NCBI GenBank assembly: GCA_963708715.1
Contig: CAVPSU010000001.1
Location: 736,000 to 799,999, forward strand
Length of the DNA: 64,000 nucleotides
Reading direction: 5' to 3'
Origin: an uncultured Chloroflexia bacterium
GTDB lineage: Bacteria; Chloroflexota; Anaerolineae; Anaerolineales; Anaerolineaceae
The stretch's first letter is position 1, and each line of letters starts with the position of its first letter. A program made the position numbers and the translations under genes. Below, piece after piece: positions 35,895-46,766 of this stretch. The notes beneath the pieces were generated by a model. The model made no database searches, had not been told where the DNA came from, and saw nothing but the letters and a program-made list of their open reading frames with translations.

Positions 35895-37293
35895 TTAGGT
35901 TGAAATTGGATGCCCCAATGCGACATGAGCTGCTTCCATAATTATTTCACTTAAAGTTGGATGAGCGTGGATATTTCCTGCGATCTCTTCCGCGGTTAAT
36001 TCCATCTTTTGGGCGATCGTTAAATTCAGGCAATAACTCCGAGACTTCCACACCTATCAAATGTGCTCCCAGAATTTCGCCATATTTCGGATCGATGATC
36101 AGCTTGCAAAAACCTGCTGTCTCACCAAGTCCCAGCGCTTTCCCATTCGCCATCAAATTGAATTTACCAACTTTGTAATCCAATCCCTGTTCCTTCACCT
36201 GGCTTTCAGTCAGACCGAAGGAAGCTATCTGAGGTTGGCTGTAAGTAGCTCTGGGGACCATTGTGTAATCGATTGGTGTAGTTTCCTGACCGTCAATCGC
36301 TTCTGCGCATAGAATGCCCTGGGTGGATGCCACATGCGCTAAAAGCATTTTGCCGGTTACATCACCAATCGCCCATATCCCTGCGACATTGGTTGCCATA
36401 CGGTCATCCACTTCCACATACCCTCGCTGAGTGAGTTTAACGCCAACACCCTCTAGATTAAGGTTGGACGTGTTTGGTTTGAACCCGATCGCGACCAGCG
36501 CCTGTTCGGCTTGGAGGGTCTGCTCACCGTCCGCCCCGCTAACCACCACTTGCGCACCATCTGACGTTGCCTTTACAGATTGGACTTTATACCCCGCCAA
36601 CACTTTGATACCCCGTTTGCTAAAAGCCTTGGTCAATTCCTCACTGACCTCTTCATCTTCCAATGGGGCAATACGTGGCATCATTTCCACGAGAGTGATC
36701 TCAGAACCGTAACTGCTCCAGACCGTGGCGAATTCCAAACCGAGGGCACCTGCGCCGATGATGATCACCGATTTTGGCAAGTTGGTCTGCAAGATGGCTT
36801 CAACATAAGTCACCACATGTTTGCCATCCAGCTCCGCACCCGGTATACCGCTGGCGTGCGAGCCAGTAGCCAGGACAATATTCTTCGTTTTATGGTTTTG
36901 TTTTGATCCATCTGCGGCTGTGACTTCCACTTCACTTTTCGAAATGAGGCGAGCAGTCCCCATATAAACGTCGATATTATTCTTTTTCATCAGGAAACCG
37001 ACGCCTTTGGTCAATCGGTCTGAGACCTGGCGGCTGCGCTTGACCGCAGCACCGTAATCCAATTGTAAATTGTCGAACGTGAAACCAAAATCTTTTCCAC
37101 GTTCCCTTAATAAGTGGGCTACCTCGGCATTCTTCAATAATGCCTTTGATGGTATACACCCAACATTCAGACAGACTCCACCCAGCCATTGTTTGTCGAT
37201 AATGGCTGTTTTCAATCCCAACTGAGATGCACGAATTGCGCTTACATATCCTCCCGGACCAGCGCCAATGACGATCACATCATAATCGCTCAT
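35895..37293 (-). pseudogene. lpdA: dihydrolipoyl dehydrogenase with an apparent 1-nt frameshift near 36019-36030
   Basis: MSDYDVIVIGAGPGGY...GGVCLNVGCIPSK redox centre. After ...[16 protein letters not shown] the annotated frame becomes nonsense. The neighbouring frame reads [42 protein letters not shown] and stops at 35895. Confidence 0.8.
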
Positions 37294-37418
37294 ATTTTCT
37301 CCCTTTCTATGGTTCAATTATAGATTGGATTCGCTGGTTGAGGCGATAATTGTAAAAGACCACAAGAGACCTTTACAGGATACATGGGATTCAGTACATT
37401 TAACGGCAGGAGAGAATT

Positions 37419-38387
37419 ATGGCATTTTTTGATTTTCCACTTGATGAATTGCGAAGTTACAAACCGGATCGAGATGAACCAAAGGATTTTGATCTCTTCT
37501 GGAACCAAACACTCCTCGAAACGCGGATGTTTTCCCTGGATGCTCGTTTCGAACCATATCCGGCTGATTTCCGCTTGATCGATGTGTTTGACGTCACTTT
37601 TCGCGGATTTGGCGGGCAACCTATTAAAGGTTGGTTTTTACTCCCGTCTGGTTCTCAAAAACCCTTACCCTGCGTAGTAGAATTCATCGGCTATGGTGGC
37701 GGACGGAATTTCCCGGCGAATTGGCTTGTATATCCAGCCATGGGATTGGCCACATTCGTCATGGATAACCGGGGGCAGGGATCCACCTGGTCGCATGGCG
37801 ATACTCCCGATGTCGAGCCTGAAGGTAGCAATCCACAGCACCCCGGATTTATGACCCGCGGGATTCTAGACCCGCACACCTACTATTACCGGCGATTAAT
37901 AACCGACGCGGTCCGCGCTGTTGAGGCTGCCCGCTCTTACCCACTGGTGGATTCGAAGAAAATCATCGTTACCGGGGGAAGCCAGGGAGGCGGCTTGGCG
38001 CTGGCTGTCGCGGGTTTGGATACTACCATAAACTCTTGCCTACCCGATGTACCTTTCCTGTGTCACTTCCGTCGGGCGGTAACATTGGTGGATACTGACC
38101 CCTATAATGAGATCGCGCGCTTTGCAAAAGCACAGAGAGATAAAGTGGATCAAATCTGGCGAACCTTATCCTACTTTGATGGGATGCACTTTGCTGCTCG
38201 GGCAACAATGCCGGCGCTGTTTTCAGTAGGTCTAATGGATGACATCTGCCCACCATCAACCGTTTTCGCTGCATTTAATCATTATGTGGGAGAGAAACAT
38301 ATCAAGATCTACGAATTCAACAACCACGATGGTGGCGGTGAACATCATCTTCAGGAACAAATGCGGTTTGTTCGTAGCCTGGTTTGA
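37419..38387 (+). CDS. acetylxylan esterase / cephalosporin-C deacetylase (CE7)
   Basis: [17 protein letters not shown]-terminus, GGSQGGG nucleophile elbow, 322 aa. Confidence 0.8.
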   Translation: MAFFDFPLDELRSYKPDRDEPKDFDLFWNQTLLETRMFSLDARFEPYPADFRLIDVFDVTFRGFGGQPIKGWFLLPSGSQKPLPCVVEFIGYGGGRNFPANWLVYPAMGLATFVMDNRGQGSTWSHGDTPDVEPEGSNPQHPGFMTRGILDPHTYYYRRLITDAVRAVEAARSYPLVDSKKIIVTGGSQGGGLALAVAGLDTTINSCLPDVPFLCHFRRAVTLVDTDPYNEIARFAKAQRDKVDQIWRTLSYFDGMHFAARATMPALFSVGLMDDICPPSTVFAAFNHYVGEKHIKIYEFNNHDGGGEHHLQEQMRFVRSLV

Positions 38388-38412
38388 TCTTGTCTCCATT
38401 GTCCGAAACAGA

Positions 38413-39357
38413 ATGCGTTCTATTGGTAAAGTCCCTATGAGTCAACCAGGTTCATCTCGTTGGAATATTCTCCCCCGGATCGCGCTCATGATGGTAGGAG
38501 TCCTTCTGGGCGCCACTGCTGTGATCATGATCAAAGCCGGAGATGAGCATCCGTTATTGGTAGCTTCCTTCCGATTGCTTATCGCTGCCTTAGCACTTAC
38601 TCCCTTATATCTTCGCGATATTCGATACCGTACAACGCCCTATGGTTGGACTCAGATCTCATGGACAATTGCACCAGCAGCAGCCCTGGCTGCCCATTTC
38701 ATAACCTGGATCATCGGCGCGCGGATGACCTTTGTAGCCAATGCCAGTCTGTTGGCGAATCTTACACCTGTGGCAATGCCATTCTTTGTCTGGGTATTCT
38801 TTCGGGAAAAGATCAACCGACAGGAGGTGGTAGGGACGTTATTGACCTTGAGTGGAGTCGTTCTCTTGACCATAACTAACTTACAGGTCTCGCCTGAGAG
38901 TGTTCCTGGAGATTTGATCTGCCTTGGATCCATGCTTGCATTTGCCTGCTATCTGGCGCTTGGCAGAAAAAATGGACAACGAATTACTCTCTGGCAGTAT
39001 ATGGTACCGATCTACTGGATTGCAGGTATGATGTGTCTCCTGATTGCCGTTTTCTTTATCAACCCGATCAAACCATATACCCTGAAAAACATCTTATTGA
39101 TTCTTGGTCTGGGTTTGATCCCAACCGTGTTTTCCCACAGCATTTTGAATTATTCGCTCAAATCATTCCGCGGTCAGGTGGTCAGTGTGACCAACCTGAC
39201 CCAGCCGATATTCTCCGGGATATTAGGGTATCTCATCTTTCATGAGATACCCGGACCATCTTTTTATCCTGCGGCCGGGATCATACTGGCAGGGATTTTG
39301 GTGGTTCTACTTACAACGAGAAAGCAGGCAACGCAGGTTACTCCAAAGCAATTGTGA
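38413..39357 (+). CDS. DMT/EamA-family transporter
   Basis: Ten-TM pattern with duplicated EamA halves. Start moved to the ATG at 38413 to remove the overlap with the esterase gene. Confidence 0.7.
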   Translation: MRSIGKVPMSQPGSSRWNILPRIALMMVGVLLGATAVIMIKAGDEHPLLVASFRLLIAALALTPLYLRDIRYRTTPYGWTQISWTIAPAAALAAHFITWIIGARMTFVANASLLANLTPVAMPFFVWVFFREKINRQEVVGTLLTLSGVVLLTITNLQVSPESVPGDLICLGSMLAFACYLALGRKNGQRITLWQYMVPIYWIAGMMCLLIAVFFINPIKPYTLKNILLILGLGLIPTVFSHSILNYSLKSFRGQVVSVTNLTQPIFSGILGYLIFHEIPGPSFYPAAGIILAGILVVLLTTRKQATQVTPKQL

Positions 39358-39599
39358 TATTTAACAATCTTAATAAATATCTCCAAAATCTGGATGAAGA
39401 TCCGATTAAAACCACTATTGCGAGGGATTCGGTAAAAACATCTCGAAGATGACAAAGTCACCATAGGAATCTCGCCCAGGGTGGCCCAAGCCATATCCAT
39501 CGGTGGGGTTGAGTAGATGGAAAACCCTGGTTATACCCGCTTGCCCTCATAAACCGTGCGTGATAGACTCATCCTATCTTAAGTCTCCAGGAGGAGATC

Positions 39600-42395
39600 A
39601 TGCCTCCCACTCTATATCTAATTGATGGACACGGTCTGGCTTACCGGACCTATTTTGCACTTAATCCAGCCGGCACAACCGACGCTCGGTGGTTGACATC
39701 CAAAGGTGAACCGACAGCCGGCGTTTATGGCTTTGCCAGCGTACTGATACGTCTTTTGGAGCAGGAAAAACCCGATTACATCGCTGTGGCTTTCGATACC
39801 GGACGGACGTTTCGAGACAAGATCTTTCCTGAATACAAAGGAACTCGCGCAAAAATGCCGGATGACTTGCGGACTCAGATGGAACGAATTCGCCAACTAG
39901 TTGACTCGTTCAATATACCCCGCCTTGAATTAGAAAACTACGAAGCCGATGATATCCTTGGCACCATCGCACGGGAAGCGGAAGAGAAAGGATTGGCAGT
40001 TAAAATTATCACCGGAGATCGGGACCTGCTGCAATTGGTCACAGATCGGGTGATCGTCAACCTGGCTGGAAGTAAACTTTCCGAAGCCAAAGATTACTTA
40101 CCTGGGGATGTTCAAGCCCATCTCGGCGTACGTCCAGATCAAGTTGTCGATTATAAAGCGCTGGTAGGCGATAAATCCGATAATATTCCGGGCGTGGCAG
40201 GAGTTGGCGAGAAAACTGCGATAAGTCTTTTGGAAAGCTATCAAACCCTGGATGGCGTATACGAAAATCTGGATAAAATGACTGCCGGTCTGCGCGCCAA
40301 GTTGGAAAAAGACCATGACATGGCATATACGAGCCAGGATCTGGCGCGGATCAGGGTAGACGCACCCATTCACCTGGAATTGGAAAAAGCCACAACCGCA
40401 GATTATGACCACAACAAAGTGGAAGAGCTGTTCCGGGTGTTGGAATTTCGTTCTTTATTACCACGTCTGTCTTCACTTGGGAAAGCACTCCCGAGTCAGG
40501 GACCGGCTCAGCAATTAAATCTATTCGGTGAAGCGTTGACCGGTTTGGGAACCACTCCAGCTTATGAATTGGAAACTGAGATCGTGGATACACCCCAAAA
40601 AATGACTGCCTTGGTCAAGCAGCTTAAACAGGCAAAGTTGATTGCCCTGGATACCGAAACGACATCCACAGATCCAATGCGGGCGGAGCTGGTCGGAATT
40701 TCGTTATCCATCGAACCGGGTAAAGGGTATTACATTCCGGTCGGACATACTGCTGCGGACTCAACACAGCTACCCCTTCAAGAAGTTAAGGCAGCTCTGC
40801 GTCCTATTTTGGAAGAGATGGCTATACCAAAAGCAGGTCACAATATCAAATATGATGCACTGGTATTGAAACGCAATGGCATTCGTGTCCATCCTATCAC
40901 GATGGATACAATGCTGGCAGAATGGCTGGTCAACCCTGCGTCGCGTAACCTGGGTTTGAAAAATTTAGCCTGGGTCCGGCTCGGAATCGAGATGACCCAT
41001 ATTGAAGAATTGATTGGGAAGGGTAAAGCCCAACTGAATATGGCCAATGTGAATATTGCTGCGGCGGCTCCTTACGCGGCAGCCGATGCCGAAGTCACGC
41101 TTCGTCTGATTCCTCCATTAGAAAAAGAACTCGAGGATAACAACGGTCTCAAATTGTTACAGGAGATGGAGTTACCTCTCATCTCTGTTCTCGCAGATAT
41201 GGAAGAAGCGGGTATCCTGGTCAATGTTGATTTCTTCAAGAAATTCTCTGTTGAGCTTCAAGAAAAGATGTCCACCCTTGAGTCCCAAGTATATCAAGCA
41301 GCAGGATCGCCATTCAATCTGAATTCGACCCAACAGCTATCCCGGGTTTTGTTCGATCGACTCAAACTCGTGCCACCGGGGGCAGGGAAAAAGACGACCG
41401 CCGGAACATTTTCAACTTCAGCGGATATTTTGGATGAGATGCGCGGACAACACCCTGTCGTGGATGCGATTCTGGAATATCGCGAGCTTACCAAGCTGAA
41501 ATCCACCTATGTGGATGCATTACCACTTCAGGTGAATCCCAACACCGGTCGGATCCATACTTCGTACAATCAGACCGGTTCTGTCACCGGTCGGATCGCC
41601 TCTTCCGATCCGAATTTACAAAATATCCCAACTCGAACTGATCTCGGACGACGGGTACGGGAAGGATTTATCGCCGGAACCGGACTGGCGCTGCTATCCA
41701 TTGATTATAGCCAGATCGAACTCCGGATTGTTGCCCATATGGCTAAGGATGAAGCCATGTTGGAAGCCTTCCGGGCAGGGCAGGATATTCACGCAACCAC
41801 CGCAGCCGCAATCTACAATGTCCCACTTGAACAAGTCAAGAAAGAGCAACGCCGGCATGCGAAAGCCATCAACTTTGGACTCATTTATGGCATGGGAGCA
41901 TTTGGTCTCAGCCGATCTGCAGATCTGACGCTGGCCGAAGCGGAGAATTTTATCAACGCCTATTTCACCCGTTTTCCAGGAGTAAAGCGATACCTGGACG
42001 GGATCCGTAAAGAAACAGCCCAACGGGGTTATGTAGAGACATTGTTGGGGCGGCGGCGTTACTTCCCGGGCTTGACAACTCAGCAAAACAATAATCTTCG
42101 TCTGCGTGAAGAACGCGAAGCGATCAACGCCCCGATCCAGGGTACTGCCGCAGACATTCTGAAGTTGGCGATGTTGCGAATCCCGAATGCCCTCTCAAAG
42201 AATAAATTGCATGGACGAATGCTTTTACAGGTTCACGATGAGTTGGTCCTGGAATGTCCCGAAGACGAATTGAAACTGACGGCTGAAGTCGTACAATCTG
42301 AGATGGAAAACGCATTCAAATTGGATATTCCCCTCGAAACCGAAGCCCGTTCCGGGAAGAACTGGGGATCAATGAAGGTAATGGTTGCAAAGTAG
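39600..42395 (+). CDS. polA: DNA polymerase I
   Basis: 5'-nuclease N-terminus (LYLIDGHGLAYR), 3'-5' exonuclease (ALDTETTS), and polymerase motifs (DYSQIELR, QVHDELV). 931 aa. Confidence 0.95.
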   Translation: MPPTLYLIDGHGLAYRTYFALNPAGTTDARWLTSKGEPTAGVYGFASVLIRLLEQEKPDYIAVAFDTGRTFRDKIFPEYKGTRAKMPDDLRTQMERIRQLVDSFNIPRLELENYEADDILGTIAREAEEKGLAVKIITGDRDLLQLVTDRVIVNLAGSKLSEAKDYLPGDVQAHLGVRPDQVVDYKALVGDKSDNIPGVAGVGEKTAISLLESYQTLDGVYENLDKMTAGLRAKLEKDHDMAYTSQDLARIRVDAPIHLELEKATTADYDHNKVEELFRVLEFRSLLPRLSSLGKALPSQGPAQQLNLFGEALTGLGTTPAYELETEIVDTPQKMTALVKQLKQAKLIALDTETTSTDPMRAELVGISLSIEPGKGYYIPVGHTAADSTQLPLQEVKAALRPILEEMAIPKAGHNIKYDALVLKRNGIRVHPITMDTMLAEWLVNPASRNLGLKNLAWVRLGIEMTHIEELIGKGKAQLNMANVNIAAAAPYAAADAEVTLRLIPPLEKELEDNNGLKLLQEMELPLISVLADMEEAGILVNVDFFKKFSVELQEKMSTLESQVYQAAGSPFNLNSTQQLSRVLFDRLKLVPPGAGKKTTAGTFSTSADILDEMRGQHPVVDAILEYRELTKLKSTYVDALPLQVNPNTGRIHTSYNQTGSVTGRIASSDPNLQNIPTRTDLGRRVREGFIAGTGLALLSIDYSQIELRIVAHMAKDEAMLEAFRAGQDIHATTAAAIYNVPLEQVKKEQRRHAKAINFGLIYGMGAFGLSRSADLTLAEAENFINAYFTRFPGVKRYLDGIRKETAQRGYVETLLGRRRYFPGLTTQQNNNLRLREEREAINAPIQGTAADILKLAMLRIPNALSKNKLHGRMLLQVHDELVLECPEDELKLTAEVVQSEMENAFKLDIPLETEARSGKNWGSMKVMVAK

Positions 42396-42466
42396 CGAAA
42401 AAGACTATTCCATGTTATATTTTCATTGCGGGATGTTAACATTGGCAATGATGGGGTAATCATACG

Positions 42467-44377
42467 ATGGCTGGACGGCAGGAAATTTTCCAAGAAGCAA
42501 TGAACAAAGGCCATTCAGCGGCCTGGGACCAGCAATGGGATTTGGCAGCACGCTATTACCGCCAGGCGTTGGAAGAATTTCCAAACCACCCTACAGCGCT
42601 AAGCAGTCTTGGAATGGCCATGTTCGAACAAAAAGATTTTCAGGAAGCTCTGAAGATCTACACCAAAGCCAGCCAGACCTCACCCGAAGACCCCCTGACA
42701 GCAGAAAAAATTGCTCAGGTATGTGAACGGCTCGGAAAACTGCCTGAATGTATTCAAGCATCACTTAAAGCAGCCGATCTATTCCTAAAAGCCCGAGATA
42801 TGGAAAAGGCGGTTCATAACTGGAACCGGATATTGCGTCTGGATCCCGATCACCTGGGTGCCCATTCCCGTCTGGCAACCGTATTCGAACGCGCCGGAAG
42901 AAAATCTGACGCTGTAAACGAATATCTATCCATGGCTGCAGTCATGCAGCAAAGTGGTGTGGTGGAAAAAGCAACTCAGGTTGTTGAGTATGCGTTGAAG
43001 ATCATGCCAGGAAATACCAAAGCGGAAGAAGCCTTGCAACAGTTACACACCGGCAAACCATTGGCAAAACCTACCCGTCCCCGTGGGACCGGACCGTTCC
43101 AATATCAGACCGGAGGCCTTCCAAACGCGTCGGGTGGACTCATCAAAAAGACGGATAAGCTGACTACCCCTAAAGAACAGCCAAAACAACCACCCAAACC
43201 TGTGGAAGAACGTGGTGATCCCATTACTCTGGCGAAGAAAAAAGCGCTAATCAAACTTGCAGACCTCCTGTTCGAACAAAACGAGGATAACAGCTCCGGT
43301 CAGGTAGCCCGACGCGGATTACAAGCCATCATGCGTGGAACAGGCACCCTATCCATGGAACAGGTGGAACGCAATAAGATCATGATGCATCTGGGTCAAG
43401 CCATTGATGCACAGACCAACGGGAATGATTTACTGGCGGCAGAAGAATTGGAAAAAGCGGTTGATTCAGGATTGGATCATACTGCGGCATTTTTCAATCT
43501 GGGATTACTACGCTATCAGAATGATAGGCTCGAAAGTGCAATTAAATACCTGCAACATCCCATCAAACACCCCGATTTTGCCCTTGCAGCACATCTCTTA
43601 CTGGGCATGTCTTATCGTAAATTGAACAGAGTCGTGGAAGCTGGCGTGGAATATCTGCACGCCCTCAAGTATGCCGATTCTATCGTCACCGGCGGAGATC
43701 AAGCGGATGAATTGATCCAGCTCTATGATCCACTTATCGAAGAACAATCTAAGTCAACGGATATCGCTGCCAGCATGAAGTTATGCGATAGTGTCGGAAA
43801 TCAGCTTCAGTCCATTGATTGGCGCGAAAATTTGGGAAGAGCCCGTGAGCAACTCCCCGAACAACCGATAGGAAGCCCTCCTTTACCTCTGGCTGAGATC
43901 TTTCTGGAATTGCGCAGTCATCAGATCATTGAATTGCTGACCGCCGTCCGATCTCTGGCAGCAAGGGGGTTATACCGAACTGCCATGGAAGAATCCTTCT
44001 TTGCCCTTCAATATGCACCAACATACCTACCACTCCATATCCAGATGGCAGATATGCTCGTTCAGGACGGACTGGTTCAGGAAGCATTGGAAAAATACCT
44101 GGCAGTAGCCAACACGTTCAGCTCCCGGGGAGAATTCACCCAAACGACGAGCTTGTTACGTCGCGTTGTCGCCCTGGCTCCCATGGATCTGGCAGCGCGC
44201 AGCCGGCTCATCGATCAGCTTGTATCGCAGGGAGCCATCTCTGAAGCATTAAAAGAATATGTAGATCTGGCAGAAATTTACAATCGGCTGGCTGAAATGG
44301 AAATGGGACGAAAGACTCTCACGATTGCCTTGCGATTAAGCCAGCAATCCAGTAATTTCCAGACTTCAGACAATTGA
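42467..44377 (+). CDS. TPR-repeat protein (N-terminal part if the shift at about 44340-44375 is real)
   Basis: Multiple TPR-like helical repeats throughout. Confidence 0.7.
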   Translation: MAGRQEIFQEAMNKGHSAAWDQQWDLAARYYRQALEEFPNHPTALSSLGMAMFEQKDFQEALKIYTKASQTSPEDPLTAEKIAQVCERLGKLPECIQASLKAADLFLKARDMEKAVHNWNRILRLDPDHLGAHSRLATVFERAGRKSDAVNEYLSMAAVMQQSGVVEKATQVVEYALKIMPGNTKAEEALQQLHTGKPLAKPTRPRGTGPFQYQTGGLPNASGGLIKKTDKLTTPKEQPKQPPKPVEERGDPITLAKKKALIKLADLLFEQNEDNSSGQVARRGLQAIMRGTGTLSMEQVERNKIMMHLGQAIDAQTNGNDLLAAEELEKAVDSGLDHTAAFFNLGLLRYQNDRLESAIKYLQHPIKHPDFALAAHLLLGMSYRKLNRVVEAGVEYLHALKYADSIVTGGDQADELIQLYDPLIEEQSKSTDIAASMKLCDSVGNQLQSIDWRENLGRAREQLPEQPIGSPPLPLAEIFLELRSHQIIELLTAVRSLAARGLYRTAMEESFFALQYAPTYLPLHIQMADMLVQDGLVQEALEKYLAVANTFSSRGEFTQTTSLLRRVVALAPMDLAARSRLIDQLVSQGAISEALKEYVDLAEIYNRLAEMEMGRKTLTIALRLSQQSSNFQTSDN

Positions 44378-44405
44378 CATTCTGAACAGAATTGCAGATA
44401 TCGAT

Positions 44406-44846
44406 ATGCAGCGTCTCGATTGGAAACAGGCGCTTCGTTCCTTTGAACAGATCCGAACGCTGGACCCGGGAGATACCAAATCCCGCTCCAACTTAATAGA
44501 TCTCAACCTGAGGATGGGACAGGATAGTACGGCCCTTGCCGAACTCGATAGTTTCATTGCCTACCTGGAGACTACAGGACAGCAACGCAGGGTAATCCCA
44601 TTTATGGAAGAACTGGTACAAGAAAGGTCGGATTATCTGGAATTACACCAACGGCTGGCTGAATTATACAGACAGGCCGGACGTATCCAGGAAGCCGTAG
44701 TGGAATTTGACCGGGTGGGAGATCTACTAATGGATGCAGGTAATCGGACCGGAACGATCGCAGTGATTCAGACGATCATTTCTCTAAACCCTCCCAATGT
44801 TCAGGAGTATCGATCTGTCCTGGATAAATTGCAAAGCGGGACATAA
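44406..44846 (+). CDS. TPR-repeat protein (probably the C-terminal continuation of 42467-44377)
   Basis: This frame is open from 44340 and reads ASNPVISRLQTIDILNRIADIDMQRLDWKQA across the upstream stop, so the repeat pattern is continuous. Confidence 0.55.
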   Translation: MQRLDWKQALRSFEQIRTLDPGDTKSRSNLIDLNLRMGQDSTALAELDSFIAYLETTGQQRRVIPFMEELVQERSDYLELHQRLAELYRQAGRIQEAVVEFDRVGDLLMDAGNRTGTIAVIQTIISLNPPNVQEYRSVLDKLQSGT

Positions 44847-44862
44847 GAAATTGACGAAAAAA

Positions 44863-44886
44863 GAGGACAGGTGACTGTCCCCTTTT
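44863..44886. terminator. bidirectional stem-loop between the TPR gene and dnaA
   Basis: GGACAG-GTGA-CTGTCC flanked by an A-run and a T-run. Confidence 0.5.
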
Positions 44887-44930
44887 GCAATCAGTTTACC
44901 TTTTACTCATTCCTCGAACTATAGAATAAC

Positions 44931-46286
44931 TCAGCACGCACCGTACATCATTTCACGCACCCGCATCGCCTGTTTTCGTAATCGGTCATCGCTGGTCATC
45001 AAACCATTCATCTTCTCGCAGGCATACATGACAGTAGTGTGATCTCTGCCACCAAATGCGTGACCAATTTGAGGCAGAGAGAGTCCTGTATCTTCGCGCA
45101 TTATATACATGGCTAATTGACGGGGTAAAGCTATATCCGCACTTCTGTCACGGCTGACCATCCGATCAATGGATACCTTGAACACGCTGGCAACCGTCTG
45201 GATAATTTGGTTCGGTTCAATATGGAAGGTATGCGGGAGAAGATCAGTGAGCGCGGAATTGACCAGAGAAGTATTGATGGGTAAACCGCTTAGGTCCGCG
45301 AATGCGAAGACCCGATTCATCGCACCTTCCAGCTCCCGAATATTGGATTGAAACCGTTTCGCGATCAACTCAAGGATGTCGTTCGGAACCTTTCGTCCGC
45401 CCTTGTCTGCTTTTGCCCTCAAGATCGCCATCCGTGTTTCCAGATCAGGAGGCTGAATATCCGCGATCAGACCCCATTCAAAGCGAGACCGTAAACGTTC
45501 CTCGAGTGTCATCAGCGATTTAGGTGAGCGATCAGAACAAAGCACGATCTGCTTTTCTGCGCTGTGGAGGGAGTTGAATGTGTGGAAAAATTCCTCCTGG
45601 GTTGATTCTTTTCCGGCGATGAATTGGATGTCATCGATCAGGAGTACATCCGCCTGCCGATATTTGTCGCGGAACTCGGGTGTGGTGTGATTTCGAATTG
45701 CCTGGATGAGATCATTGGTGAATTCTTCAGATGTCACATACAAAACTTGCAATCCATTTTGAATGCATCGGTTCCCAATCGCCTGTAAGAGGTGGGTCTT
45801 GCCAAGACCCACACCGCCATACAGAAAGAGAGGGTTGTAGGCTTTGGCAGGTTGATCCGCTACCGCCATGGATGCGGCATGAGCCAGCCTGTTCCCCGAA
45901 CCGACCACAAAACTATCAAAGGTGTAGCGCGAGTTTAACCTGGCACCCTGTGGAGGACGTAGTCCTGTTTGCAACGAGGGAACGGTTTGAACCGTATCCA
46001 CCACATCGGATGACTCAACCTCGAGTGGAACATCCTGCTCTTTCTGACAAACGATGAACTTTACTGTCTGAGGACGATTCATGATCCCGGTTAAGACCCG
46101 GTTAATAGTAATTGTCATCCGTGTTTCGAGCCAATCCCGGGCATATGCGTTTGGTACTCCGACTGTAAATTGCCCTTCCTGTGAATTAATCATCCGGCTA
46201 TTCTTGACCCACGTGTCATAAGCAGCTTTTGACATATCCATTTGAAGTTGTCCGAGTGTAGCCTGCCATGCCTGTTCTGCGTTCAT
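44931..46286 (-). CDS. dnaA: chromosomal replication initiator DnaA
   Basis: Walker A GGVGLGKTHLLQA, box VII, and the C-terminal DNA-binding helix ...AFGGRDHTTVMYA. Confidence 0.95.
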   Translation of the reverse strand: MNAEQAWQATLGQLQMDMSKAAYDTWVKNSRMINSQEGQFTVGVPNAYARDWLETRMTITINRVLTGIMNRPQTVKFIVCQKEQDVPLEVESSDVVDTVQTVPSLQTGLRPPQGARLNSRYTFDSFVVGSGNRLAHAASMAVADQPAKAYNPLFLYGGVGLGKTHLLQAIGNRCIQNGLQVLYVTSEEFTNDLIQAIRNHTTPEFRDKYRQADVLLIDDIQFIAGKESTQEEFFHTFNSLHSAEKQIVLCSDRSPKSLMTLEERLRSRFEWGLIADIQPPDLETRMAILRAKADKGGRKVPNDILELIAKRFQSNIRELEGAMNRVFAFADLSGLPINTSLVNSALTDLLPHTFHIEPNQIIQTVASVFKVSIDRMVSRDRSADIALPRQLAMYIMREDTGLSLPQIGHAFGGRDHTTVMYACEKMNGLMTSDDRLRKQAMRVREMMYGAC

Positions 46287-46766
46287 AGATGCTCCAGGAT
46301 TTAGTTTTGGGATGCACTGAACCGGACGGAAATTAGGTACTTTAATACCACGCCTGGCTCTACTTGAGAGGTGATTAATAATTAAAATGCATTTATGGGA
46401 GTACTACTTGGGGAGGAGTGACGATCTCCTGCCCCCCTCTTGCAGGGATTACATCCCTCGATTAGGGATGAACTGATTCTAGCAGAGACCGGAAGGAGTC
46501 GCAATACAAAAAAGCGACGTGAGTCTAAAACAATCATTAATTTTAAGGATTCTTAAGCTTAAGGAATCACTTTCTTTTACAAATCTAATGTTAGTAATCA
46601 GTTAGTCAATTATTGACAATCCGTAGCCTGACAGTTCCATTTACCCCCATATATAGGGGGCATTTGTCATAAAGCTCATTTTCCCTATACGAATGGAAAA
46701 TTTGTTCTAGGTTTTAATTGAATCCATACTCTTTGATTCTACATGGATGGCGTACCGAAAATGGAA

